Part shown: piece by piece, positions 8,578 through 18,314 of the stretch
How positions within the stretch are numbered: position 1 is the stretch's first letter
Layout: each line of letters starts with the position of its first letter
Source: Fimbriiglobus sp.
GTDB taxonomy: Bacteria; Planctomycetota; Planctomycetia; Gemmatales; Gemmataceae
Length of the DNA: 64,000 bases
Assembly (NCBI GenBank): GCA_025459365.1
Contig: JALOQR010000001.1
Coordinates: 11 to 64,010, forward strand
Direction of reading: 5' to 3'
The notes under the pieces: model-generated
What the model saw: the letters and a program-made list of their open reading frames with translations, nothing else
What the model was told of the DNA's origin: nothing
Databases searched by the model: none
Program-made: the position numbers and the translations under genes

Positions 8578-9621
8578 TCACGCCGTGGCCATGACCAGGG
8601 TATACCCGCGGTTCTCCACGCTCTCGACCCCGCCGAAGATGTCCACGATCTCCGGGATGGTTTGCACCGGCATTTTCGTCACGAAGTAGAACCGCCCGCC
8701 GGGGCGGAGCACCTCGCGGGCAGTGTGAATGAACAGCCGGCCGACTTCGCTGTTGGCGAAGTACGGCGGGTTGGCCAGCACCACGTCGAACCCACCGACG
8801 GGTAGGTCGGTCATGTTCGCCGTGAGCACGAACTCGGCGCCGGCCACTCCGTTCGCGGCGGCGTTCAGCTCGGCCAGTTTCACCGCCCGGGCGCTGCTGT
8901 CCACAAACGTCACCCGCCCGTTCGGTGCCACCCGCGGCCACGCCAGGCAACCGACGACCCCGACCCCGCAGCCCATGTCGAGCACCTTGTCGCCGGGGCG
9001 GAGGTCGGCCACCTCCAGCATGGCCCGCGAGCCGTCGTCCATCCGCCCGTAGCTGAACGTACCCGGCCAGCTCTCGAAGCTCATGCTTGCCCCATCGCCC
9101 ACTCGGGCGTGGTAGGTCATGCGGTGGCGGCGGCGGGCCTGCGGCGGATCGGCGGGGTCGCGGGTGCTCCAGAAGGCGGTGCCGTGCCCCTTCGCCGTAA
9201 AGGGAGACTCGCTGCACTTACCGAAGGTCTTTTTGTGGACCTTGTGAAAAGTGGTGTCGCGGTCGTACTCGCTGAGGGTGATGAACCGCCCGCCGGGGGC
9301 GACGCAGTGATACCCCTGCTCCACCATGTCGAGCTTCAGTTCGTAGTCCGCCTGCATCGACGCCGGGAAAATGACGGTGTTGAACTTCGCCGGCAGATCC
9401 CACAGGTCAGGCCCGACGACCACCTCGGCGGTGAGCTTCTCCTGGGCGAGTTTCTCGCGAAGGCGGTCGGCCTGGAACACGTCGAACTGGAACAGAGTTG
9501 TCTCGGCTCCCTTCAGAGCCGACACCAGTTCCGTGACCGGCCACACCGGGCCGAGGGCGACGAGCACCGGCGGAGCAACGCGGTCGGCGACGACAGGGAA
9601 CAGATCGAGGAGGTGTTTCAT
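8578..9621 (-). CDS. Class I SAM-dependent methyltransferase, RsmC/RlmG-like (rRNA guanine-N2)
   Basis: VLDMGCGVGVVG (motif I) and FDVVLANPPYF (NPPY-type N-methyltransferase motif). The two-lobed 347-aa architecture matches RsmC. Confidence 0.75.
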   Translation of the reverse strand: MKHLLDLFPVVADRVAPPVLVALGPVWPVTELVSALKGAETTLFQFDVFQADRLREKLAQEKLTAEVVVGPDLWDLPAKFNTVIFPASMQADYELKLDMVEQGYHCVAPGGRFITLSEYDRDTTFHKVHKKTFGKCSESPFTAKGHGTAFWSTRDPADPPQARRRHRMTYHARVGDGASMSFESWPGTFSYGRMDDGSRAMLEVADLRPGDKVLDMGCGVGVVGCLAWPRVAPNGRVTFVDSSARAVKLAELNAAANGVAGAEFVLTANMTDLPVGGFDVVLANPPYFANSEVGRLFIHTAREVLRPGGRFYFVTKMPVQTIPEIVDIFGGVESVENRGYTLVMATA

Positions 9622-9663
9622 ACGGGTAGTCTACTGTCCGGCGGTCGGTAGAATCGTCCGCTC

Positions 9664-10428
9664 ATGAACGACCGCGGCCGAACTCTGCCACTTTCCCTCC
9701 CCCGCCGGTGGGTGGGCGACATGCTGCACTTCGCCCAGAAGGTGCCGACGTTCGCCGTCGAGCGGGCCGTCCGCATCCCGAAACTGGTGGAGGCCCGTGC
9801 GGCGGCGACCAACCCGCCAGGGTGGCACGCGATCATCACCAAGGCGCTCGGCGTGGTGTCGATGAGCGTGCCGGAGTTGCGGCAAGCGTACCTGCCCTAC
9901 CCGTGGCCGCGGCTGTACGAAGCACCATTTAGCGTGGCGAGCGTGGTGTTCGAGCGGGAGGTGAACGGCGAACCGGTGCCGTGCTTCGCCCCGCTGCACC
10001 ACCCCGAGCGGCTCCCCCTCGGAGACATCCAGCGGAAGGTGCGAGCGTGGAAGGCCGACCCGCTCGACTCGCACGGAGCGCTGCGTCGGCTCGTGCGGAA
10101 TGCCCGGCCGCCAACCCCGGTGCGGCGGTTCCTGTGGTCGGCCGGGCTGTACTGGAACGGGAACTTCCGGGCGCGGAACTTCGGCACCTTCGCGGTGAAC
10201 TCGGTGCGGGCGATCGGCCTGCGGGTGCTGTCGTTCCGCTCCCCGCTCACCTCCGTGTGGTACTACGGAGCGATCTCGCCAGCCGGCGAGATGGAGATGG
10301 CGATGGCCCTCGATCACCGGGTGTTCGACGGGCGGACGGTGGACCGGGCGTACACCGCGCTGGAGCGGGTGCTGAACGAACAGATGGCGGCGGAGGTGCG
10401 GGGCGACGGGCCGGCCCCTACAGGGTGA
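9664..10428 (+). CDS. Stand-alone 2-oxoacid dehydrogenase acyltransferase (E2/CAT-type) catalytic-domain-like protein
   Basis: ALDHRVFDGRTV matches the DHRxxDG catalytic motif of the E2/chloramphenicol acetyltransferase fold. No lipoyl or subunit-binding domains. Confidence 0.55.
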   Translation: MNDRGRTLPLSLPRRWVGDMLHFAQKVPTFAVERAVRIPKLVEARAAATNPPGWHAIITKALGVVSMSVPELRQAYLPYPWPRLYEAPFSVASVVFEREVNGEPVPCFAPLHHPERLPLGDIQRKVRAWKADPLDSHGALRRLVRNARPPTPVRRFLWSAGLYWNGNFRARNFGTFAVNSVRAIGLRVLSFRSPLTSVWYYGAISPAGEMEMAMALDHRVFDGRTVDRAYTALERVLNEQMAAEVRGDGPAPTG

Positions 10429-10906
10429 GTTGCAGGTAGATCACGTCGAGCCACTTCCCGAACTTGAACCCGACCTCGCGGAAGTGGCCGACTGGCTCGA
10501 AACCGTGCCGGCGGTGCAGTTCCAGGCTCGCCGATTGATCGGCACTCACCCCGCCGATGATGACGTGGTGCCCGGCTTCCTTCGCCAGACGAATCAACTC
10601 GGTGAGCATCTCCGATGCAAGCCCGCGGCGGTGCCAGTCGTGCCGGACATACACCGACCACTCGACCGTCTTCGCGTATCCACACCGCTTGTTCCACGTC
10701 GAGAGCGACGCCCACGCCACTACCTCGCCGCCGGCGTCGGCCACGATCACCGGGTGTGCGGCCGTGCGACCAGCGAACCAGGCTTCCCGCTCGGCGAGCG
10801 TTTCCGGTTCGGTGGCGTAGGTACAGGTGGAGGTGAGAACGTAGTGGTTGTAGATGGCGGAGATGGCGGGCAGGTCGGCGGCGGTGGCGTGGCGGAGGTG
10901 GTGCAT
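10418..10906 (-). CDS. GNAT N-acetyltransferase, phosphinothricin acetyltransferase-like
   Basis: LPAISAIYNHYVLTSTCTYATEPE...WF...VYVRHDWHRRGLASEML...GFEPVGHFREVGFKFGKWLDV is typical of PAT/YwnH-type GNATs. Start trimmed to the ATG at 10906. The 3' ends overlap the convergent gene by 11 nt. Confidence 0.8.
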   Translation of the reverse strand: MHHLRHATAADLPAISAIYNHYVLTSTCTYATEPETLAEREAWFAGRTAAHPVIVADAGGEVVAWASLSTWNKRCGYAKTVEWSVYVRHDWHRRGLASEMLTELIRLAKEAGHHVIIGGVSADQSASLELHRRHGFEPVGHFREVGFKFGKWLDVIYLQLTL

Positions 10907-11003
10907 GAGGCTGTTGTAGGGCCGACGACCCCCGCGGTCGGTCGCTCCATCAGAGCGACCGGCCACGTCGAATGTGTGGTTTTGCGGAGCGGTGGGCGTC
11001 CGC

Positions 11004-11720
11004 TCACTCCTTCAGCAACTCAGCCACTTTCTCTTTCAGGGCGGCGAAGCTCTCGTCGAATTCCTTCATCCCCTGTTCCAGTACCTGTTCATCTCCCTCG
11101 CGGGATGACGGCTTACCGAGGTAACGCCCGCGGACCCAGCCCCGCTTGTCCACCACCGTCAGGCCGAGGTAGTGGTCGTACATCCGGCCCACGGGGGCGT
11201 CTTCCTTCTTGGTCACCCGTACCTTGAATCCGCGATCGCACAACAACCGGATGAACCGCTCCGACCCGTGCAGGAACAGCCAGCGGGGGTCGTCGGGGGT
11301 GTCGGTGAACTTGTTGGCGTATTTTCGCAGTTCGCCGGGTGTGTCGTGGTCGGGGTCGATGGTGAACGTCACCAGGCGGAAGTCGTCGCGGTCGGTCAGG
11401 TTCATCTCTTTGCGGAACCGGGCCATCGTGGAACTGACCTGCGGGCAGAACTCGCAGCGGGTGAAAGCGAACGACGCCACCCACACTTTGCCGGCCAGGG
11501 TGTCGTTGTCCACCGTGCTGCCGAGGCGCTCGGTGAGCACGAACGGCGGGGCGGAGTCGAGGGCCGGCGGGATGACCTTCGCCTCCGGGTCCTTCGGCTC
11601 CGGCCGGCGAACGGGGGTGAAGATGGCGGCGAAGAGGGCCACCACGCCGAGGCCGATGAACAGATACACCACCCACGAAGGCGGAGCGCGGAAGCCAGAC
11701 TGTGTGGTGGGGCTGGACAT
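11004..11720 (-). CDS. SCO1/SenC-family copper chaperone (thioredoxin fold)
   Basis: N-terminal TM anchor, CxxxC motif (FAFTRCEFCPQ), conserved H in DHY. Last gene of the oxidase cluster. Confidence 0.85.
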   Translation of the reverse strand: MSSPTTQSGFRAPPSWVVYLFIGLGVVALFAAIFTPVRRPEPKDPEAKVIPPALDSAPPFVLTERLGSTVDNDTLAGKVWVASFAFTRCEFCPQVSSTMARFRKEMNLTDRDDFRLVTFTIDPDHDTPGELRKYANKFTDTPDDPRWLFLHGSERFIRLLCDRGFKVRVTKKEDAPVGRMYDHYLGLTVVDKRGWVRGRYLGKPSSREGDEQVLEQGMKEFDESFAALKEKVAELLKE

Positions 11721-11729
11721 GAGGGAACC

Positions 11730-12683
11730 TTACCCGGCGAGATATCGTGGCGCGACACCGGCGGCGACGAACAGCGCCATCACCGCGAGCAGATACACCA
11801 GCGACCCCCGCAAGACGGTACGAGCCGTCGGCGTGGTGCGGGTGCGAGCGAAGCGAAGGCAGCGAGCCAGGAACCACAGGGCGACCGGCAGCGACCCAGC
11901 CAGGTACACCCACCGCCACGCCCCCTCGAAGAGCAACCCCGGCAGCACCGTCACGGGCACCAGCAGAAGGGCCGTGGCGAAGGTGGCCCAGCCGGTGATG
12001 CGGGCGTCGGCGTGATCGACGTTCGGCAGCATCTTCATACCCCCGCGGGCGTAGTCCTCGCGGTGCATGTAGGCGATGCTGTAGAAGTGCGGGAGTTGCC
12101 ACACGAAGAGGATGGCGAAGAGCGCCCAGCCGGGGGCGTCCATCCCGCCGGTCGCCCCGCACCAGCCGATGACCGGCGGCAGGGCACCGGGGATCGCCCC
12201 GACGACCGTGTTCCAACTGGTGAGCCGCTTGAGCGGGGTGTACACGCCGACGTACAGAATGGCGGTGGCAGCCGCGGCGATGGCGGCAGCGGGAGTTGGC
12301 AGCGCGTACCACAGATAGCCGACGCCGAGCAGCCCGAGGGTGAGGCCGAACACCAGAGCTTCGAGATGGTGCAAGCGCCCGGCAACGAGTGGGCGGTTGG
12401 CCGTGCGGCGCATCTTGGCATCGGCCCGGCGTTCGAGCCAGTGGTTCAAGGCACTGCCGCCAGCCGCCACCACCGCCGCCCCGACCAGGGTGTGCAGCAG
12501 CGGTTGCACCATTGCCAGCCCCGGCGTCGCCCCAAGCAGGAAACCAACGCCGACAGTCACCAGCGCCATGGCGGCGATCTTCGGCTTGGTCAACTCGGCG
12601 TAATCGGCGAGCCGAGCCTTCAACGACACGAGGGCGGCTTCGTCCGTGGCAACGGGTTCGGCGACGGTGTTCATGACGGCCAT
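11730..12683 (-). CDS. ctaB: Protohaem IX farnesyltransferase (haem O synthase)
   Basis: UbiA-type polytopic protein with ELTKPKI...ALNHWLERRADAKMRRTANRPL...YTPLKR motifs. Confidence 0.9.
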   Translation of the reverse strand: MAVMNTVAEPVATDEAALVSLKARLADYAELTKPKIAAMALVTVGVGFLLGATPGLAMVQPLLHTLVGAAVVAAGGSALNHWLERRADAKMRRTANRPLVAGRLHHLEALVFGLTLGLLGVGYLWYALPTPAAAIAAAATAILYVGVYTPLKRLTSWNTVVGAIPGALPPVIGWCGATGGMDAPGWALFAILFVWQLPHFYSIAYMHREDYARGGMKMLPNVDHADARITGWATFATALLLVPVTVLPGLLFEGAWRWVYLAGSLPVALWFLARCLRFARTRTTPTARTVLRGSLVYLLAVMALFVAAGVAPRYLAG

Positions 12684-12700
12684 TGTAGGAGGTCCCGCGA

Positions 12701-13933
12701 TTAGCGCGCCGCGACCGCGAAGGAGTGGGTTTTGGTTTCGACCGCTCCCTCACGGGCACGGCTCGTCGAGTCAACACCGGCCGTCGGGGTCCGCAGCACG
12801 CGGAAAGCCACCACCGCCGCCGACGCCAGGAGAGCCGCCCCGACCAACTGGTGAGCGGTGCGAATGAGGACCACCGAGGTCGTCAGTGTCCGCTCCATCG
12901 GCGGCACACCAGCCTCCAGGCCGGTGGCGGCAAACTTACCCATCCACGCTTCGACCCCGAGCAGCAGTTGCACCGCGAGCATGCCCACCATGTGATACAC
13001 GGCGAACCCGAGCGGCCGGCGTACACCGGGTGTCATCGCCACTTTCACCGCCATCCACACGATCAGGCCCGCCACCACGAACGCCGTGAGGATGTGCAAC
13101 CGCTGGGCGAGGGCCGTCGGGTTGTGCCGCACCCACACTGCCCACACCAGTTGCACGAAGATCGCGGCCACGAGCGCCACGCTGAGCAAACTCAGCCCAC
13201 CGCGGTCGGCGTCGGCCAACTCCTTGACCGCCCGCCGCGGCCCGGCGAGCATCGGCAGCAGCACCATCGTGGCGAACACGACCTGGGCGAAGATGCCGTG
13301 CAACTGCGAGAACTCGACCCCGATCGTGTCCTTGATGCCGATCTGGCTATTCAGGAACACGCGCAACCCACCGAGCAGCCCCTGAACCATGACCCCGAGC
13401 AGCACCAGAGTGCAGACAAACCGCACCCACTTCGCCGGGTCGCGGCGGGTGAGTTGCCACACACCCAGCCCGACCGTCACCACCGCCATCGTCAGCGAAG
13501 CCACGATCGACGGCCACGGCCAGGTGAACGACCCTGTCTCCTGCCGCGTCCGGTCTGCCGCCATCATCTGCCCATGAAACCATCCATAGACGCCAAGCAA
13601 CAGGAAGACCGCGACCACCGCCGGAAGGCGGGACTTCTTGTTCGGCCCGCTCAGCCATGCGGCGAACGCCAACACGGCCGCCAGCCCGCCGACCACCCAC
13701 CCGGCCGCCCGGTGCGAGTGCTCCAGCAGAAAACCGGTGCGGGTTTCGAGGTCGATCTTGCTCCCGTTGACGATCAGGTACCACGGCTCGGTCGGCCAGG
13801 CGGGGTCGTCCATACCGGCCCGCCGGCTGGTGGTCAGCCCACCCAGTGCGAGCAAGATCACGGTGAACAGCACCAGCGCAACCGCCAGCCAACGGACGAC
13901 AGGCGAGATCGGGGCGGGGTGATCGGTCGTCAT
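12701..13933 (-). CDS. ctaA: COX15/CtaA-family haem A synthase
   Basis: Polytopic membrane protein with conserved His in helices (LEHSHRAAG, LHGIFAQVVF, RTAHQLVGA). ATGA overlap with the upstream cytochrome c gene. Confidence 0.8.
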   Translation of the reverse strand: MTTDHPAPISPVVRWLAVALVLFTVILLALGGLTTSRRAGMDDPAWPTEPWYLIVNGSKIDLETRTGFLLEHSHRAAGWVVGGLAAVLAFAAWLSGPNKKSRLPAVVAVFLLLGVYGWFHGQMMAADRTRQETGSFTWPWPSIVASLTMAVVTVGLGVWQLTRRDPAKWVRFVCTLVLLGVMVQGLLGGLRVFLNSQIGIKDTIGVEFSQLHGIFAQVVFATMVLLPMLAGPRRAVKELADADRGGLSLLSVALVAAIFVQLVWAVWVRHNPTALAQRLHILTAFVVAGLIVWMAVKVAMTPGVRRPLGFAVYHMVGMLAVQLLLGVEAWMGKFAATGLEAGVPPMERTLTTSVVLIRTAHQLVGAALLASAAVVAFRVLRTPTAGVDSTSRAREGAVETKTHSFAVAAR

Positions 13934-15126
13934 TTGGGGTACACCTCCCGTCGCACGTCGTCGGGCAACCGTTCGGCGAACGGCAACTCGCGGACGAAGT
14001 GAACCAGATCAGCGAGGTCCTGGTCGTTCAGCCCGGCCGGGGCAGCGGGCATGCCGGCAGCGGCAATGCCATACTTCAACTGCCGGACGAAATCTTCAGG
14101 CGTCCTGGCCCAGTGGCGTTCTTTGTCGGTCAGGTTGCGGACCTCGTTCGGCACGCCCCACACGTCGTAGCGGTAGGTCGGCGTGCGCCCGTAGTTGGTG
14201 TGGCAACTGGTACACGCGCCCTGGGCCGACGTAAACAACTTTTGCCCGCGGCGAACCGACTCGGCATACTCCGGGGTCACAGCCTCCGGGCGGGGTTGCA
14301 CGGCGTGGGTCAGCGGCACCTCGGCGTCGGCATCGGTCCACTTCTTCAGCACCGCCGCTAGCCGCTTCTTCGCCTCGGCCTCGATGTCCGACGGTGCCTC
14401 GTCTGGGTCGGCCAAAGCCTTGATCAACTCCACCTCCACCTCACCGCGGATGCTCAGGAACACCGTATATCCGGCGAGCCGACGGACCTGAGCGTCGGGC
14501 AACCCGGTGGCCTGCATGGTCGTGCCGGGCACTCCGAGCTTGATGGCGGTCATCACATCGGCAAACCGCGGTCGGCCGGTCCCCACCCCCGCCCCCGTCG
14601 CCAGCTTGAACTTCCCGCTGCGGAAGTCTCGTGGGTGAGGGAAGGAGTAGAGGCCACTGACACCGCGACCGTTGCCAGTTGACCCGTGGCAGTTCGAGCA
14701 CGACTGGCGATAGTGATTCACCACGCTGGCGAGGTCCTGCGGCCTGAGGGCAAATCGGTCGGCGGTGGCAGGGTCGATGCCGGCTACGGTCGGAGCAGCG
14801 GGTTTGCCAAACAAGGACTCGACGACACTGGCTAACCGCGTCTTCTGGTCGTCAGGCAACTGGTCTGGTCGGGCGATCACGCCGCCGAGCGTCGGGAGTT
14901 GAGTGATGTATTCGTCGAGCTTTTCGGCGACTTTGTGGCGGTCGGCCGGGTGGGTGGGCGGCAGAGCCACAACGACAGGATCGGTGCGAGCGGCGTACTT
15001 CAACTCGTGGGCGGCGGGGGTGTCGGCATTATCTCCACCGCCGACGAACACCGGAATGGTCGCGACCGCTGCGAGCAGCACCATGAGGGGGATGATGACG
15101 ATCAGCAAGAGGCGGGTGGGAGGCAT
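13930..15126 (-). CDS. Membrane-anchored dihaem c-type cytochrome
   Basis: N-terminal TM helix and two CxxCH motifs (CSNCH, CTSCH). Confidence 0.85.
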   Translation of the reverse strand: MPPTRLLLIVIIPLMVLLAAVATIPVFVGGGDNADTPAAHELKYAARTDPVVVALPPTHPADRHKVAEKLDEYITQLPTLGGVIARPDQLPDDQKTRLASVVESLFGKPAAPTVAGIDPATADRFALRPQDLASVVNHYRQSCSNCHGSTGNGRGVSGLYSFPHPRDFRSGKFKLATGAGVGTGRPRFADVMTAIKLGVPGTTMQATGLPDAQVRRLAGYTVFLSIRGEVEVELIKALADPDEAPSDIEAEAKKRLAAVLKKWTDADAEVPLTHAVQPRPEAVTPEYAESVRRGQKLFTSAQGACTSCHTNYGRTPTYRYDVWGVPNEVRNLTDKERHWARTPEDFVRQLKYGIAAAGMPAAPAGLNDQDLADLVHFVRELPFAERLPDDVRREVYPK

Positions 15127-15136
15127 CGGAGTTCGG

Positions 15137-15205
15137 GGCGAGCCGGCGGTGGGAGCCGCCGGGTGGTGAGGAGGTCACCCGGCGGCTCCTGCCGCTCGGC
15201 TCGCC
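15137..15205 (-). repeat. Long imperfect intercistronic hairpin (about 29-bp arms) between cox subunit IV and the cytochrome c gene
   Basis: ggcgagccggcggtgggagccgccgggtg / loop / cacccggcggctcctgccgctcggctcgcc, with only a few mismatches. Confidence 0.5.
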
Positions 15206-15214
15206 GATCCGCAC

Positions 15215-15559
15215 TCACAGCACGCCGAGGTGCCGGGTGAGGTAGTCGGTGAGGGTGAACAGGAACTGCAACCCGGTGAAGAACAGGGCCGAGGCGACGC
15301 ACAGCCAGGTCAGCTTGTCGGACTGCTTGAGGTCCATGAAGAAGTAGGCGAGAACGCCGGCCTGGACGGAGGCACAACCGAGGCTGGCGACAACCTTGAG
15401 CGGACCAAGATCAGAAAAACCGATGAACAGGGCCAGCAGGGCCAACCCCGCCAGGACGGCGAACACGGTGAAGGTGCTGCCCCGCGTCGGCAGGGTGTGG
15501 ATGTGCTGCTCCACCGCGTGCATTTCGCCGGCGCCGTGCGAGTGAGAGTGTGCGGCCAA
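15215..15559 (-). CDS. Cytochrome c oxidase subunit IV (prokaryotic COX4 family)
   Basis: 114 aa, three TM helices, His-rich N-terminus. Sits immediately downstream of subunit III. Confidence 0.7.
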   Translation of the reverse strand: MAAHSHSHGAGEMHAVEQHIHTLPTRGSTFTVFAVLAGLALLALFIGFSDLGPLKVVASLGCASVQAGVLAYFFMDLKQSDKLTWLCVASALFFTGLQFLFTLTDYLTRHLGVL

Positions 15560-15676
15560 GGGTTAGGCTCCGCGTCGGTCGGGGGTGGTCACCGGCGGGG
15601 GTCGCCGGCTCTCGCCGGCTCGCCCGCCATACAACTCTGCTCTTTCTCCCACCAGGGGAGAGAGAGGCGATCAACG

Positions 15677-16543
15677 TTAGTGTCCGCCGCCGAGGCCGAT
15701 GGCCATCTGGAACTGCTCCATCGCCTGGGTGGCGGTGTGCGGCCCGGCCAGGTAGAGCAGCGGCAGTAGGAACATCCAGACCATGTCGACGAAGTGCCAG
15801 TACAGGCTCATCGTCTCGATGTACACATATCGGGCGGAGTAGTCGAAGAACCCAGTCGCGGTGAGCACCATCTGCCACACCAGCAGGCCGAGGCCGACGA
15901 CCATGTGCAACACGTGCAGGCCGGTCATGCTGTAGTAAAACATGAAGAACAGCTGCACGCGGTACGGCTCATAGTCTTCGCCCGGCTTACCCTTGTACAC
16001 CTTCGAATGGGAGAGGGCGTACTTCAGGTTCTCGTTGAAGGCGTTTTCTGGAGTCTCGGGCAGAGTCGGATTGACCGCCCGCTCCTTCTCGTAGGCTTCC
16101 TTGGCGTGCGGGGTGAGGTAGCCGAACACCCCAGGTACCAGCCCTTCCTGGTAATCGATGTGGTACTCGCGAGCCTTCAGCCCGAGGAAGAGGGTGCCGA
16201 GCACGGTGGTGAGCAGCAGGTTCCGCATCAGGCCTTTGCGGTCGCTCTCGTAGCAACTGCGAATGGCCAGCGTGATGGTGAGAGAGCTGGCCAGCAGCAG
16301 GAAGGTGTTGACGCTGGCAATGCCGACGTTCAGAGCGGCGCTGCCTGCCTCGAAGTCCTTCGGGAACCAGATGCGGTACACGGTGTAGGCGCAGAACGCC
16401 CCGCCGAAGAACAGCACCTCGGTGACGAGGAACAGCCACATGCCCAGGCGAACGCTCGCCTGCTGCTGGGCCATGTTGTTGAAGTGGTGGGCCACCGGGC
16501 CTACCATGCCCGCCGCCGGGGCGGTCGCGGTGCTAGCTGCCAC
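15677..16543 (-). CDS. ctaE: Cytochrome c oxidase subunit III
   Basis: LGMWLFLVTEVLFFGGAF...FYYSMTGLHVLHMVVG...YWHFVDMVWMFL, the canonical subunit III signature. Confidence 0.9.
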   Translation of the reverse strand: MAASTATAPAAGMVGPVAHHFNNMAQQQASVRLGMWLFLVTEVLFFGGAFCAYTVYRIWFPKDFEAGSAALNVGIASVNTFLLLASSLTITLAIRSCYESDRKGLMRNLLLTTVLGTLFLGLKAREYHIDYQEGLVPGVFGYLTPHAKEAYEKERAVNPTLPETPENAFNENLKYALSHSKVYKGKPGEDYEPYRVQLFFMFYYSMTGLHVLHMVVGLGLLVWQMVLTATGFFDYSARYVYIETMSLYWHFVDMVWMFLLPLLYLAGPHTATQAMEQFQMAIGLGGGH

Positions 16544-18314
16544 TGGTCACCCCCTGCTTGGCGGCCCCGTTCGTGTGGACGCCGTTCGTGTGCCCGTTCA
16601 TCTTGTCAACGATGCTCAGCCCGTCTGGCACCCCGTACTCGTACGGCCCGAAGTACACGGTGGGGGTCGCCGGGAAGTTGTGCGCGTCGGGCGGGCTGGG
16701 CACCATCCACTCCAGGCCAGTCGCCTTGTACGGGTTGTTGCCGGCCCGCTTGCCGAAGAACAGGCTGGCCGTCAGGTAGAACACCGGCATGGCGTACCCG
16801 ATGCCCTGGATGTACGCGGCGGCGGTGCTCATCACGTTGTACAGTTGGTATTCGTCCGGGTAGTTCGGGTAGCGGCGGGGCATGCCCATGTAGCCGACCA
16901 CGAACTGCGGAAGGAAGGTCAGGGCGAACCCAACGAGCATGACGATGGCCGCCAGACGGCTCCAGAAGTCGGAGTACATCCGCCCGGTCATCTTCGGCCA
17001 CCAGAAGTGCAACCCAGCCTGCCAGGCGAACATCATCCCGCCCACCATCGTGTAGTGGAAGTGGGCGATGACGAAGTAGGTGTCGTGCAAGTGGATGTCT
17101 GTGCCCATCGTCCCGAGGAACAGGCCGGTCAGCCCGCCGATGGTGAAGAGCACAATAAACCCGATGGCGAAGATCATCGGCGCCTGATAGCTAATCACAC
17201 CGCCGTACAGGGTGGCCGTCCAGTTGAACACCTTGATGGCGCTCGGTACGGCGACCAGCATGGTCAGGAAGGCGAACACCATCGCCAGGTAGTATCCCTG
17301 GCCGGCGAGGAACATGTGGTGGCCCCACACGAGGAAGCCGACCACCGCGATACCGACGCTGCTCCACGCCACGGCGGCGTAACCGAAGATGTTCTTGCGG
17401 CTGAAACAGGTGAGCACTTCGTTGATGACGCCCATCCCCGGCAGAATCATGATGTACACGGCCGGGTGGCTGTAGAACCAGAACATGTGCTGGAACAGGA
17501 GCGGATCGCCGCCCAGTTTGGGATCGAAGATCCCGACGCCGAACAACTTCTCGACCGCCGTCATCACCACCGTCACGGCCAGCACCGGAGTGCCGAGCAA
17601 CTGGATGACGCTGGTGGCGTACATGGCCCACACGAAGAGCGGCAACCGCCCCCAGGTCATGCCGGGGCACCGCATCTTGTGAATGGTGGCAATGATGTTG
17701 ATGCCGGTGAGAATGCTACTGAACCCGGTGATGAAGATCCCCAGGCCGGCATAAAGCACGTTGGTGTGGCTGTACTTGGTGCTGTACGGCGGGTAGAGAG
17801 TCCACCCGGTGTCCAGCCCGCCCACGAGCAGTTGGTACATGAAGAAGAGAGCGCCGAACGCCCACACATAGAAGCTGGCGAGGTTCAGCTTGGGGAAGGC
17901 CATGTCCTTCGCCCCAATCATGAGCGGCACCAAGTAGTTCCCCAGCACCCCCGGAATGACCGGGATGAGGAACAGGAACAACATGATGGTGCCGTGGGCG
18001 GTGAACGCCTTGTTGTACTGGTCGAGTTCAAGGATCGCCCCCGTGGGGGTGATCAGGTTGGTCCGCACCAGGCCAACGGCGATCGCACCGGCAACGAAGA
18101 ACAGCGACACCCCGACCAAGTACATCAGGCCGATGCGCTTGTGATCGACGGTGAAGATCCAGCCGAGGAGGCTGGTGTCGTGGTTGAGGTAGTGCTTGCG
18201 GGTCCGGTCCTCAGCCGGTGTCGGCTCGGGCAGCGGGATCGCTTGCGGGGTGTAATCCAACTTGGGCGGATCGACCGGGGCACCGGTCGGTGAGTGCGGG
18301 GTCGCGGTGGCCAT
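16533..18314 (-). CDS. ctaD: Cytochrome c oxidase subunit I (haem-copper oxidase)
   Basis: WFYSHPAVYIMILPGMG, VWGHHMF, HDTYFVIAHFHY. 593 aa. Confidence 0.95.
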   Translation of the reverse strand: MATATPHSPTGAPVDPPKLDYTPQAIPLPEPTPAEDRTRKHYLNHDTSLLGWIFTVDHKRIGLMYLVGVSLFFVAGAIAVGLVRTNLITPTGAILELDQYNKAFTAHGTIMLFLFLIPVIPGVLGNYLVPLMIGAKDMAFPKLNLASFYVWAFGALFFMYQLLVGGLDTGWTLYPPYSTKYSHTNVLYAGLGIFITGFSSILTGINIIATIHKMRCPGMTWGRLPLFVWAMYATSVIQLLGTPVLAVTVVMTAVEKLFGVGIFDPKLGGDPLLFQHMFWFYSHPAVYIMILPGMGVINEVLTCFSRKNIFGYAAVAWSSVGIAVVGFLVWGHHMFLAGQGYYLAMVFAFLTMLVAVPSAIKVFNWTATLYGGVISYQAPMIFAIGFIVLFTIGGLTGLFLGTMGTDIHLHDTYFVIAHFHYTMVGGMMFAWQAGLHFWWPKMTGRMYSDFWSRLAAIVMLVGFALTFLPQFVVGYMGMPRRYPNYPDEYQLYNVMSTAAAYIQGIGYAMPVFYLTASLFFGKRAGNNPYKATGLEWMVPSPPDAHNFPATPTVYFGPYEYGVPDGLSIVDKMNGHTNGVHTNGAAKQGVTSGS

